This document shows, in pieces, positions 13,510 to 27,500 of a stretch of 64,000 bases of DNA (within the stretch, counting starts at the first letter, position 1; each line of letters begins with the position of its first letter). Below the pieces are notes generated by a model. That model searched no databases. It saw nothing but the letters and a program-made list of their open reading frames with translations, and was not told the DNA's origin. A program made the translations under genes and the position numbers. Source of the stretch: Anaeramoeba ignava BMAN (Eukaryota > Protista > Anaeramoebae); contig JAPDFW010000075.1 of assembly GCA_028826165.1 (NCBI GenBank), positions 355,632-419,631 of the forward strand, read 5' to 3'.

Positions 13510-16370
13510 TAATTAATTTTACATTAATTTTGGAATAATATTTAATTAATAATTTATTAATAAATTTATTTATAATTTAATAATTAAATAGATTTAAATT
13601 AATAATTAATATTTTATTATTAATTTAATTGATAATTTATATTTAATATTTTTTAATTAATTTTATATTAATTTTGAAATAATATTTAATTAATAATTTA
13701 TTAATAAATTTATTTATAATTTAATAATTAAATTGATTTAAATTAATAATTAATATTTTATTATTAATTTAATTGATAATTTTTATTTAATATTTTTAAT
13801 TAATTTTATATTAATTTTGAAATAATATTTAATTAATTATTTATTAATAAATTTATTTATAATTTAATAATTAAATAGATTTAAATTAAATAATTAATAT
13901 TTTTATTATTAATTTAATTGATAATTTATATTTAATATTTTTATTTAATTTTATATTAATTTTGGAATAATGTTTAATTAATATTTTATTAATAAATTTA
14001 TTTATAATTTAATAATTAAATATATTTAAATTTATAATTAATATTTTATTATTAATTTAATTGAGTAATTTATATTTAATATTTTTAATTAAATTTATAT
14101 TAATTTTGAAATAATATTTTATTAATAATTTATTAATAAATTTATTTATAATTTAATAATTAAATAGATTTAAATTAATAATTAATATTTTATTATTAAT
14201 TTAATTGATAATTTTTATTTAATATTTTTAATTAATTTTATATTAATTTTGGAATAATATTTAATTTATTATTTATTAATAAATTTATTTATAATTTAAT
14301 AAATAAATATATTTAAATTAATAATTAATATTTTATTATTATTAATTGATAATTTATATTTAATATTTTTAATTAATTTTATATTAATTTTTGAAATAAT
14401 GTTTTATCAATAATTTATTAATAAATTTATTTATAATTTAATAATTAAATATATTTAAATTGATAATTAATATTTTTATTTATTAATTTAATTGATAAAT
14501 TTATATTTAATATTTTTAATTAAATTTATATTAATTTTGAAATAATATTTTATTAATAATTTATTAATAAATTTATTTATAATTTAATAATTAAATATAT
14601 TTAAAATTAATAATTAATATTTTATTATTAATTTAATTGATATATTTTTAATATTTTTATTTAATTTTATATTAATTTTGGAATAATATTTAATTTATTA
14701 TTTATTAATAAATTTATTTATAATTTAATAATTAAATATATTTAAATTGATAATTAATATTTTATTATTAATTTAATTGATAATTTATATTTAATATTTT
14801 TAATTAAATTTATATTAATTTTGGAATAATATTTAATTAATAATTTATTAATAAATTTATTTATAATTTAATAATTAAATATATTTAAATTAATAATTAA
14901 TATTTTATTATTAATTTAATTGATAATTTTTATTTAATATTTTTAATTAAATTTATATTAATTTTGGAATAATGTTTAATTAATATTTTATTAATAAATT
15001 TATTTATAATTTAATAATTAAATATGATTTAAATTGATAATTAATATTTTATTATTAATTTAATTGATAATTTATATTTAATATTTTTAATTAAATTTAT
15101 ATTAATTTTGAAATAATATTTTATTAATTATTTATTAATAAATTTATTTATAATTTAATAATTAAATAGATTTAAATTAATAATTAATATTTTTATTATT
15201 AATTTAATTGATAATTTTTATTTAATATTTTTAATTAATTTTATATTAATTTTGGAATAATGTTTAATTAATAATTTATTAATAAATTTATTTATAATTT
15301 AATAATTAAATATATTTAAATTGATAATTAATATTTTATTATTAATTTAATTGATAATTTATATTTAATATTTTTAATTAATTTTATATTAATTTTGAAA
15401 TAATATTTAATTAATAATTTATTAATAAATTTATTTATAATTTAATAATTAAATTGATTTAAATTAATAATTAATATTTTATTATTAATTTAATTGATAA
15501 TTTTATATTTAATATTTTTAATTAAATTTTATATTAATTTTTGGAATAATATTTAATTAATTATTTATTAATAAATTTATTTATAATTTAATAATTAAAT
15601 AGATTTAAATTTATAATTAATATTTTATTATTAATTTAATTGATAATTTATATTTAATATTTTTAATTAATTTTATATTAATTTTTAAATAATATTTAAT
15701 TAATAATTTATTATTAAATTTATTTATAATTTAATAATTAAATAGATTTAAATTAATAATTAATATTTTTATTATTAATTTAATTGATAATTTATATTTA
15801 ATATTTTTAATTAATTTTTATATTAATTTTGAAATAATATTTAATTAATTAATTTATTATTAAATTTATTTTATAATTTAATAATTAAATATATTTAAAT
15901 TGATAATTAATATTTTATTATTAATTTAATTGATAATTTATATTTAATATTTTTAATTAAATTTATATTAATTTTGAAATAATATTTAATTTTATTAATA
16001 AATTTATTTATAATTTAATAATTAAATTGATTTAAATTGATAATTAATATTTTATTATTAATTTAATTGATAATTTTTATTTAATATTTTTAATTAATTT
16101 TATATTAATTTTGGAATAATATTTAATTTATTATTTATTAATAAATTTATTTATAATTTAATAATTAAATAGATTTAAATTTAATAATTAATATTTTATT
16201 ATTAATTTAATTGATAATTTATATTTAATATTTTTTAATTAATTTTATATTAATTTTGAGATAATATTTATTAATTATTTTATTAATAAATTTATTTATA
16301 ATTTAATAATTAAATAGATTTAAATTAATAATTAATATTTTATTATTAATTTAATTGATAATTTTTTTAA
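13510..16370. repeat. Tandem satellite, unit about 143 bp, about 20 copies
   Basis: Anchor tt(g/t)g(g/a)aataat recurs at about 13532, 13676, 13819 and onward. Confidence 0.92.
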
Positions 16371-16576
16371 TTGTTTTTATTTTAAGTTGTTTTTATCAAT
16401 TTTTTGAAATAATAACGTTATTAAAAATTTAAATAAAAATAGAGAACAATAAAAAAAAGAAAAAATTTAATTAAAAAATTTTTTTTTCATTTTTCATTTT
16501 TCATTTTTAATTTTTCTTTTAATTTTTATTTTTCATTATTGTTTTTATTATTTAAATATTATAAAAAGAGAAAAAG

Positions 16577-17431
16577 ATGTCTTTTAATTCAGATTCACCA
16601 GTTCCTATTTCAGATTCTGATAAAGCTTTACAATCTTTTGATAATTCATTTAATGGTAAAAAAATAAAAAAATTTAAAATAAAATAATAAAAAGAAATAA
16701 TTAAATTTTTTTCCTTTTTTTATTCTTTTTATATTTTATAGTTGATCAACAGTAATTTATCTTTTTATAGATTTTTTTTAAATATAAATTTTAAATATAA
16801 ATTTTTTTAATTTTTTAAAAACAGATCAAAATTCGCAGCTTTTGATTCTTTTGATTCAGATGATTATATATTTAATGAAATAATTGATTTTGATAATATA
16901 AAAGATATAGAATATGAAGAATTTATTCGAGAACAAAAGTAAAAAAAAATTAAATCTAAATCTAAATTAAATTAATTCCAAAAAAAAATTCTCATTTAAA
17001 TTTTGAATTTAAACAAAAATATAAAAAGATTAATTGAAGAATTAATTTCTCTTCGTGAAGGAAATCAAGAACTTAAAAATCAAGAAAAAGAATTAATTAA
17101 TTCAGTTAAAGAACTTAAAATAGAAATTAATAAAGAAAAACAAGTTCGAGAAAAACAAACAAAAGAACTTGAAAATCAAAGAGAAATGCTTGAATATTTA
17201 ATCAATAAAATAACTGATGAAAATATAAATGCAGATACTCAAACTCCTGAATCTTGTTCTTTGGAAGAAATTGAAGCTGATATGGCAACTTATTCTGCTC
17301 TTTTAAAAACTGAATATTTAAATCAACAAACAAAAATTCTTGAATATAAACATGAAATTCAACAACTTAAAAAAAGAAAAGAAAAAGCTGTCAACAAACC
17401 AAATCAAAATCTCAAAAAGAAAGCATTTTAA
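16577..17431 (+). CDS. Small acidic coiled-coil protein, 4 exons including a 10-nt microexon
   Basis: Exons 16577-16655, 16742-16751, 16825-16938 and 17029-17431 splice in frame with GT-AG boundaries. Confidence 0.7.
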
Positions 17432-17649
17432 ATTATAATAATTTAAATTCAAACAAAAAAAAAATAAACAAAAATTTGAAAATTTGGATTTCATGTAAAA
17501 GAAAAATAAACAATAATTGGAAAGTGGATTTCATGTAAAAAGAAAAAAAAATCATTTACAAATTATATTTTTTACTTGTTTTTGTTTTTTTAAATAAATT
17601 AAAAAAAGCATTTATTTATAATTTCTTTTTTACTTTTTTACTTTTTTAT

Positions 17650-20600
17650 TTAATTTCCTAAATCAAAAATTAAAAGTAATTGTAAAATTCGAGAATTATG
17701 AAAAACAAGATCAAATATTTGATCAAGAGTTAAATCAAAATTTGTTTTTGTTTTTGAATATTGTTGACGAATTTCTTGAATTATTTTTTGAACCAAAGTT
17801 TTTGTTTCAGTTTGAGAAGAAGAAATTAAAGAAATCCAAACAGATAAAATTTTAGAAAAATCTTGACTTTTAATTAAATCAACAGATCCAAATAATTCTT
17901 GAAATAAAACTAAAATGATTTTGAAATTAAAATTTTAAAAAATAAAAATTGAATTGAATAATTTTTGTTTTAATCAATTAACTAACCTTTTATTTTTTCA
18001 AAAGGATGTCCTGATGAAATTATTATTAAGGATGTAAATAAATCAATAATTTGTATTTCGTTATTTGAATCATGTTCAATAATTTCAATTAATTTTCTAA
18101 TTATTCCTCTGTGTGAAAGAGTTAATCCAGAAAGAAATGAAACAATATCTTCAAATGATAAATTTGGTTTTTCATGATCTTCTTTCCATTCATCATATTT
18201 TGCTTTTAGTTGTATAGGTGTAAATATACTTAATCTTCGAAGTTCAACAACTTGTTTATGATTATAACTTAATAAATTTTCTTTTTTTTGTTCATTTCCC
18301 TTTTTAAATTTTTAAATAAATTTTAAAATAAATATTTAAAATAAATTTTTAAATCAATATTTAAATCAATATTTAAATAAATTTTTATCCGATTTTTAAA
18401 TAAATTTTTAAATAAATATTTAAAATAAATTTTTAAATAAATTTTTAAATAAATTTTTAAATAAATTTTTAAATAAATTTTTAAATAAATTTTTAAATAA
18501 ATTTTTATCCGATTTTTAAATAAATTTTTAAATAAATTTTTAAATAAATTTTTAAATAAATTTTAAATAAATTTTTAAATAAATTTTTAAATAAATATTT
18601 AAATAAATTTTGATTTTTAAATCAATTTTTAAATAGATTTTTAAATAAATTTTTAAATAAATATTTAAATCAATTTTAAATAAATTTTTAAATAAATTTT
18701 TATCCGATTTTTAAATCAATATTTAAATAAATTTTTATCCGATTTTTTAAATAAATATTTAAATAAATTTTTAAATAAATATTTAAAATAAATTTTTAAA
18801 TAAATATTTAAATAGATATTTAAATAAATTTTTAAATAAATATTTAAATAAATTTTTAAATAAATTTTTAAATAAATATTTAAATAAATTTTTAAATAAA
18901 TTTTTAAATAAATTTTTAAATCAATTTTTAAAATAAATTTTTATCCGATTTTTAAATAAATTAAAATAAATTTTTAAATAAATTTTTAGAATAAATTTTT
19001 AAATAAATATTTAAATAAATATTTATCCGATTTTAAATCAATTTTTAAATAAATATTTAAATAAATTTTTATCCGATTTTTAAATCAATTTTTAAATGAA
19101 AAATATTTAAATAAATTTTTATCCGATTTTTAAATCAATTTTAAATAAATATTTAAATAAATTTTTAAATAAATTTTTAAATCAATTTTAAATAAATATT
19201 TAAATAAATTTTGATTTTGATTTTTAAATCAATTTTAAATAAATTTTTAAATAAATTTTAAAATAAATTTTAAATAAATATTTAAATAAATTTTAAAATA
19301 AATTTTTAAATAAATTTTTAAATAAATTTTTATCCGATTTTTAATTAAATATTTATCCGATTTTTAAATAAATTTTTAAATAAATTTTAAAATAAATATT
19401 TAAATAAATTTTTAAATTAAATTTTTAATTTTAAATTACATTTTGATTTTAAACTTGGCTTTATTAACTGCTTGAATCCATTTTACTTTTTCATTCTCAT
19501 CTTTACATCGAAAATTAAAAGTTCTTCTTTTTGATTCTTCTATTGGAGCAATTGAAAAAGCATTTTTTGATTTTGGATTTACAACTATTTTCACATCACA
19601 TAAAGGAACTTCACCAAGAGCACTTGTATCCTGAATATTGTTTGAATTTTATTTTGATTTTGATTTTGATTTTAAATTTGATTTTGATTTTCATTTTTAA
19701 TTTGATTTTGATTTTCAATTTGATTTTCATTTTGATTTTGATTTTGATTTTTATTTTGATTTTGATTTTGATTTTGATTTTGATTTTGATTTTGATTTTG
19801 ATTTTGATTTTGATTTTGATTTTGATTTTGATTTTGATTTTGATTTTGATTTTGATTTTGATTTTGATTTTGATTTTGATTTTGATTTTGATTTTGATTT
19901 TGATTTTGATTTTGATTTTGATTTTGATTTTGATTTTGATTTTGATTTTGATTTTGATTTTGATTTTGATTTTGATTTTGATTTTGATTTTGATTTTGAT
20001 TTTGATTTTAATTTTAATTTTAATTTTGATTTTGATTTTGATTTTGATTTTGATTTTGATTTATATTTATATTTAATTCAAATATTATTTTTTTACTGTT
20101 GGTGATTTATAATAAAAAAGACCAGAATCTTTCAAAATAAACCAACGTTTTTTCCAACTACGATATCCACCACCTTGTTTTTTCATATATCCTCTCATTT
20201 CAGGATGTTGAAATTTTTTTAATTCTTTCTATAAAATAAAATTAAAATAAATTCTTTTTCTTCTTTTTCTTCTTTTTAAAAAAAATATTTCCTGAATTTA
20301 CTTTTGCAATAGAAATTGCACATTGAATTGCATCAATCCATTCAAATTGTTCTTTTTCATCTGATGCTTGAAAAGTAAATATTCTATATAAAGTATGTAT
20401 TTCAATTCCATATTGCAATGTTTGATTAATTGCAACACTTTTAGCTTGATTTAAATTAACAAAATTCTTCAATTTTTTTTTCTGTTGAAAAATTAATTTT
20501 CAATCCAAATTTTTTTTTTTTCAATTAAAATTTTTCTTAATTAAAATTATAAATAGAATTAAAATTATAAATACATCTTCAGAATCATAATAATAAAGAA

Positions 20601-20950
20601 TACGATCAGATTTTAAACAAAACCTTTTATAATTATTAAATTATAATAATTATTTAAAATAAAAAAAAATATAAAAGAAAAAAGTTTAATTTAATAAAAA
20701 TTTACCATCTTTTTCTCCAATTATTTCTTTGATAAGCTTGTTTATTAATCCATCCTTCTTTGTTTACAAACTAAATTATTATTTATTTATTTTGTTTTTT
20801 AAAAAATTAAAAATTAAAAATAAAAAATTAAAAAAGAGGAAAATAAAATGAAAAGAAAATAAAAGAAAAGAGAATTACAATAACTTGACTTGCATGTTCA
20901 ATTTCTGGATATTTATTTAAATTAGGAGAAAAATCAAATTGAGGTTCCAT
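17650..20950 (-). CDS. Tandem PH-PH domain protein with a C-terminal EF-hand-like (recoverin/calcineurin B-type) helical domain
   Basis: PH1: KEGWINKQAYQRNNWRKRWFCL...EWIDAI. PH2: MRGYMKKQGGGYRSWKKRWFILKD...KWIQAV. Eight exons. The C-terminal SGHPFEK segment is only weakly EF-like, and one junction near 19440/18299 is out of phase. Confidence 0.75.
18305..19435. repeat. Intronic 12-bp satellite (taaataaatttt)n with tatccgatt variants
   Basis: Seen directly. Confidence 0.9.
19650..20060. repeat. Intronic (attttg)n microsatellite
   Basis: Lies inside GT-AG intron 19631-20096 of the PH gene. Confidence 0.9.
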
Positions 20951-21176
20951 AATAATAATTATAATAAAATAATAATAAAATAGAAAAATAAAAATGAAAA
21001 AAAAAAATGAAAAAAATTTTTTTTGGATTTTTAATTATTCTTTTTAAAAAAAAAGCAAAAAAAAAAAAATCAATCCAAAAAAATCAATCAATTAAAAGAA
21101 ATCAATCAAAAAAAAAAAGGGAAAAAGAATTCAAAAGGAAAAATTGAATTTTAAAAAGGGAAATAAAAAAGGGATT

Positions 21177-24100
21177 TTAACTGTTCCATTGAGTTCGAAC
21201 AAAAACTAAACAACCACAAATTATTCCAAGAATGATCATATAAAGATTGATTTTTTTCCATTTTTTTTCAGTTCCAATAACCCAAACAAGGATTAAAACA
21301 ACATAACCAAAAGCAAAACCACGAGCAACATCTATAAATACAGGAATTAAAATTGTTGAAATAATAATTGGTGTAGTTTCAACAATATTTTGGAATTCTG
21401 TGTCTAAATTTTGATTTAATTTTAATTTTTGATTTTAATTTTAATTTTGATTTAATTTTAATTTTAATTTTGATTTTAAATTTAATTTACATTCAAACAT
21501 TCTTAATAATTTTGCTGTTGTAAATATAAGAATACTTCCTGTTGCTCCTGCTGGAATTAAATTAAAAAGTGGAAAGATTAAAATTGATAAAAAATAAAGT
21601 AATCCAGCTACAACTGAAGGAAATCCAGTTCTAAAATTTAAATAAATATTAAAATAAATATTAAAATAAATATTAAATTAAATATTAAATTAAATATTAA
21701 AATAAATATTAAAATAAATATTAAAATAAATATTAAAATAAATATTTAAAATAAATATTAAAATAAATATTTAATTAAATATTAAAATAAATATTAAATT
21801 AAATATTAAATTAAATATTAAAATAAATATTAAAATAAATATTAAATTAAATATTAAAATAAATATTAAAATAAATATTAAAATAAATATTAAAATAAAT
21901 ATTAAAATAAATATTAAAATAAATATTAAATATTAAAATAAATATTAAAATAAATATTTAAATAAATATTAAAAATAAATATTAAATTAAATATTAAAAT
22001 AAATATTTAAATAAATATTAAAATAAATATTTAAATAAATATTTAAAATAAATATTAAAATAAATATTAAAAATAAATATTTAAATAAATATTAAAATAA
22101 ATATTAAAAAATAAATATTAAAATAAATATTAAAATAAATATTAAAAATAAATATTTAAATAAATATTAAAATAAATATTTAAATAAATATTAAAATAAA
22201 TATTAAAATAAATATTAAAATAAATATTTAAATAAATATTAAAATAAATATTTAAATAAATATTTAAATAAATATTAAAATAAATATTGGAATAAATATT
22301 AAAATAAATATTGGAATAAATATTAAAATAAATATTAAAATAAATATTAAAATAAATATTAAAATAAATATTAAATTAAATATTAAAATAAATATTAAAA
22401 TAAATATTAAAATAAATATTAAAATAAATATTAAAATAAATATTGAAATAAATATTAAATAATATTTAAACAAACTTTGCACCAATTGCAGCACCAACAC
22501 AAGATTCAACAGCAACAGTTAAAGGAACAGTACCAAAAACAGCACCAACTAAAGACCAAGCAGCAACAAGAATTAAAATACGTCTTATACTATTTTTTTT
22601 TGGATTAGCAACTAAATTTGAAAAAGCTTCAGTATCATATTTAATTTCTTCCAAAAAAGTAAATTGGATAGCAGTTAAAGTAACACATAAAATAGCAATA
22701 ATACTACTTGCAATATTTGAAAAAACATAAAGAAAAGGTTTGGAAGCTGGATAACTAAAGCTCATTTTAAAAGCTGTTTTAGTAAGACTTGGTGAAAACC
22801 AATCATTCACTTGAAGATTTTCTGTTGATGCAGTTGAAATTAAAAATGCAATTGCTGAAATTAAAACAGAATTAATAAATATCCATGAAAAATCTCTTGT
22901 AATTCCATAAACTAAAAAAATTAATGTTAAAATCCCTATTAAAGCATTATAATTTGGTTCAAATGTAAATCTTGGAGTTAAAGCTAAAATATCAAATAAT
23001 CCAAATTTTCCAATATAAAGTCCCAACTTTATTTTTAAATTTAATTTGAATTTTGATTTGAATTTTTATTTGAATTTTTAAATTTTTGAAATTTTGAATA
23101 TTTACTCCATAAGATATTCCAATACGAAATGAAGAAGGAAAAGCTTTAATAATTGGGAAAAAAGAAATTCCAATCTTTAATTGAGTAAAAAAAAAATTTA
23201 ATTATAAAATTAATTATAAAATTTAATTATAAAATTAATTATAAAATGAATTTTGTTTACAGAGATAACTAAAGCAAATAAACTTTGTAAGAAAAATAAA
23301 CTTAAAGAAGATTTCCAATCAAATTCATAATAATCTTGAAGAGGATTAACTAAAAAAGCAGCTTGAAGAGAATCAACTGTAATTATTAAAGGAATTCCAA
23401 TTAAAAAACCTGAAGAAATTGTTGCTAAACCCATTGCTAAATAAATTAAAATTGATTTTGAAATTAAAATTCATTTTGAAATTAAAATTGATTTTGAAAT
23501 TGAAATTGATTTTGAAATTGATTTTGAAATTAAAATTGATTTTGAAATTTAAATTGATTTTGAAATTGAAATTGATTTTGAAATTAAAATTGATTTTAAA
23601 ATTCATTTTGAAATTAAAATTGATTTTGAAATTAAAATTGATTTTGAAATTTAAATTGATTTTGAAATTAAAATTCATTTTGAAATTAAAATTCATTTTG
23701 AAATTGAAATTGATTTTGAAATTGAAATTGATTTTGAAATTGAAATTGATTTTGAAATTGATTTTGAAATTGAAATTAAAATTGATTTTGAAATTCATTT
23801 TGATTTTGAAATTGATTTTGAAATTAAAATTACTAAAACAAGTTGCTACAAATGCTGTATGTGTATCCATTTTGGCTTGTGCTAATACTTTTGGTGTTGT
23901 TCCAATAAGTTCTTTTTTTTTTTATTTTAAAATTAATTTATTTAAAATTTAAATGAATTTTATTTAAAAGTTTTTATACCAATTGTAACAAAAAACATTG
24001 CAATTCCTGCAAGAATTTCAATCATAAATGTTGAATTTCGAGAAGAAATTTCAAAATAATCATCAATCATTTGAATATATTTATTTTCAAATGGTGAAGT

Positions 24101-24205
24101 TTTTTTTGGAGAATTATTATTATCATTATCATTAATTTCACTATCAGTTTCACTTATAGATTGAGAATTTGAATTATCTTTATTATTTTGAATAAAATCA
24201 GCCAT
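21177..24205 (-). CDS. AzgA-type (NCS2 family) purine/nucleobase permease, multi-exon
   Basis: N-terminal DDYFEISSRNSTFMIEILAGIAMFF; AFPSSFRIGISYG; VESCVGAAIGAKTGFPSVVAG; IPAGATGSILI; IPVFIDVARGFAFG; many TM segments. Confidence 0.85.
21640..22465. repeat. Intronic 12-bp satellite (aaataaatatta)n
   Basis: Seen directly. Confidence 0.9.
23445..23830. repeat. Intronic 6/12/18-bp satellite (gattttgaaatt...)n
   Basis: Lies between permease exons. Confidence 0.85.
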
Positions 24206-24577
24206 TTGCTATCGTTATTTTTATTTTTATTATCTTTATTTAAAAAATATTTTTTTGTTTTTTGTTTTTGTTTTTGTTTTTGTTTTTTTGTTTTTGCTTT
24301 TTCGATTTTTTTGTTTTTAGATTTGATAAGTTGAAAAATAAAAAGAAAAAAAAGAAGAAAAAAGAAGAAAAATGAAAAATAAAAAACAAAAAAAAAAATC
24401 TTAATTTTACTAATTTTTTAAAAATTATTAGTAATTATTTTTAATTTTAATTTAAATAAAAGGAAGGCAAAAATTAAATAAATAAAAATTAAATTAAAAA
24501 TTTTTTTTTCATTTTTTCTCTTTTCAATTTTTTAATTGAAATATTTAATTTAATTTAATTTAATTTAATAAAAAAAA

Positions 24578-27500
24578 ATGTCAAGAACTGGAAGAACTGC
24601 TGGTCCAAGAAGTCAAGAATGGGTAAGATTACAAAGAAAAATTTTCTCAAGATGGGTTAAACAAAAATTATTAAGAACAAGACCAGAAATGCAAATTAAT
24701 GATATTGTTGATGATTACAAAGATGGATTGGTTTTAATGAATTTAATTGAAGTTTTAAGTGAATCAAAATTTGAAGGAAAATACAATCAAAGACCAAAAA
24801 TGTCAGTTCATCGAATTGATAACTTAAACAACGCATTGAAGTTTGCATGGAGTAAAGGAGTTGATATGAAAGTGAAACCATCAGCAGAACAATTAGAAAA
24901 AGGCGATCAAAAGGCAGCATTAGCTTTAACTTGGGGAATCATGATGAAATTCATTAAGATTGATGATGGATCAGGCGGAGAAGCTTTAAATGCAAAGGAT
25001 GCATTGTTGATGTGGTGCAAAAACAAAACCGCAGGATATAAAGGTGTTGAAATTACTGACTTCAAGAAGAGTTTTGCTGATGGATTGGCTCTCTGTGCAA
25101 TCATCCACAAACATCGTCCAAAATTAATTGATTTCAATAGTTTGGATTCAAGTGATCCTATCAAAACCTTGCAGATCGCTCAAGACGCTGCTGAGAAGTA
25201 TTTTGGATTGGAAAAATATATCACACCTGATGAGATTAGAAAACTTGATGAGAACTCAATGGTTGTTTATGTCAGTGAATATTACTACGGAATTGCGGAA
25301 CAAAGAAAACTTGATTTGGCAGCTAGAAGAATTAAGAAGTTAATTGTTTTGACAAAGGAAAATGACAGGCTCAAAGCAGAATACAACAAAACAGCCAATA
25401 ACTTCAAAGCAACCGTTAAGAAAGTTGAAAAGATTCTTGAAGACAGAACAATCGACAATACAATGGCTGGAGCTAAAAGAAGATTGGATCAATTTTACGA
25501 ATACAAAGCAAAAGATAAAAATTCCTTAATTGCTGATCAATTGGATCTTGAGTCAAACTATAACAATTTAGCAATGAGATTGTCCCATCACAAACGTCCC
25601 GAATTCAAACCTGAAAAAGGATGTTCTTTGAAAGAGGTTGCCCAGGACATGCTACATTTGGAGGAGTGTGAACAAGAAAGAAAAGTAGCTCTTCATGCTG
25701 AATTAAATCGACAAATCAAACTCGTTAATATTTCAAAACAACATGAATCAAGATACAATAAATTAGTCGACTATTTCAAACAGAAAAAGGAATATCTCGA
25801 ATTCAGAGAAGAAATTGATTCAGTTTCTGCAGCCTACTTCCAAATCAGTCTTTTGGATCGATATGAAAAGGAAAATCAAACTATGATCAATACTGGTGTT
25901 GCCCATTTGAAAAAATTATCTGCCGAATTGAAACAGGAGAAATACGAATATCAAGCAAAAATCGAAGAGCATGATCACGATATTGATGATAAATTCAAGG
26001 AACTTGATAAATTGGCAAAAATCAAAAGACCTATTCTTGATGACCATTTGAAACGTGAAGAATTCATTGAAAAAGTCAGACAAATGAATGATGAACACAA
26101 AAACAAACATGAACAACTCTTGAAATGGTTCGAAATCAAGAAGGCCTATTTGAAAACAATGGAGGAAATCAATTCAGTTCCTGATGCTTCAAAGAATTTG
26201 GATATTTTCAATTCTTATGTTAAGGAATACAAGAAATACCAAGAAAAAAATCTTGTTGAATTCAAGAATTTCGGAAAAGAAACAATGAAACAAAAATACC
26301 AAACAGAATATTCAGAATATATCTTTAATGAAACTAAATATCAAGGCAAAACATTCGGAAAAAATCAATTCTCTGATCTTACTGATAGACATGATGATAT
26401 GGATCAAAAATTCAAGGAATTGGAAGAATTTGCTCAACAAAAGAAGGCTATTCTTGATGATCATTTTAAACGTGAAAAATTCATTGAAGTTGTCAGACAA
26501 ATGAATGAAGAACACAAAGACAAATACGAAAAACTTGTCAAATGGTTTGATTCCAAAAAGGCTTATTTGGATATCAAAGAGGAAATCAACACAGTTCCTG
26601 ATGCTTCAAAGAATTTGGATATTTTCAATTCTTATGTTAAGGAATACAAGAAATACCAAGAAAAAAATCTTGTTGAATTCCATAAATTGGGAGATGATAC
26701 TTTGAAACAGAAATATCAAACAGAATTTTCTGAATATGTTTATGATGAAACTAAATATCAAGGTAAATCATTTGGAAAAATCAAATCAGAAGATATTACT
26801 GATAGACACGATGATATGGATAAGAAATTCAAGGAATTGGAAGAATTTGCCAAACAAAAGAAGGCTATTCTTGATGATCATTTGAAAAGAGAAGAATTCA
26901 TTGAAGTTGTAAGACAAATGAATGAAGAACACAAAGACAAATACGAAAAACTTGTCAAATGGTTTGATTCCAAAAAGGCTTATTTGGATATCAAAGAGGA
27001 AATAAACTCAGTTTCCGAAGCAAGAACACAACTTAATCTTTTCTCAATTTATTCGAATGAATATAAAGATTACAAACAAAACGATCTTGTTGAATTTCAT
27101 AAATTGGGAGATGATACTTTGAAACAGAAATATCAAACAGAATTTTCCGAATATGTTTATGATGAAACTAAATATCAAGGTAAATCATTTGGAAAAATCA
27201 AATCAGAAGATATTACTGATAGACACGATGATATGGATAAGAAATTCAAGGATTTGGAAGAACTTGCCAAACAAAAGAAGGAAATTCTTGATGATCATTT
27301 GAAAAGAGAAGAATTCATTGTTACTGTTCGAAGAATGAATACTGAACATCAAGATCAATTCAAAAAACTTGTCAAATGGTTCGAAGATCAGAAAAATTAC
27401 CTCAATATCAGAGAGGAAATCAACTCAGTTGGTGAAGCACAATCCAAGTTGAGTTTATTTGATGTTTATTTGAAGGAATACATTTTCTACAAAGAAAACG

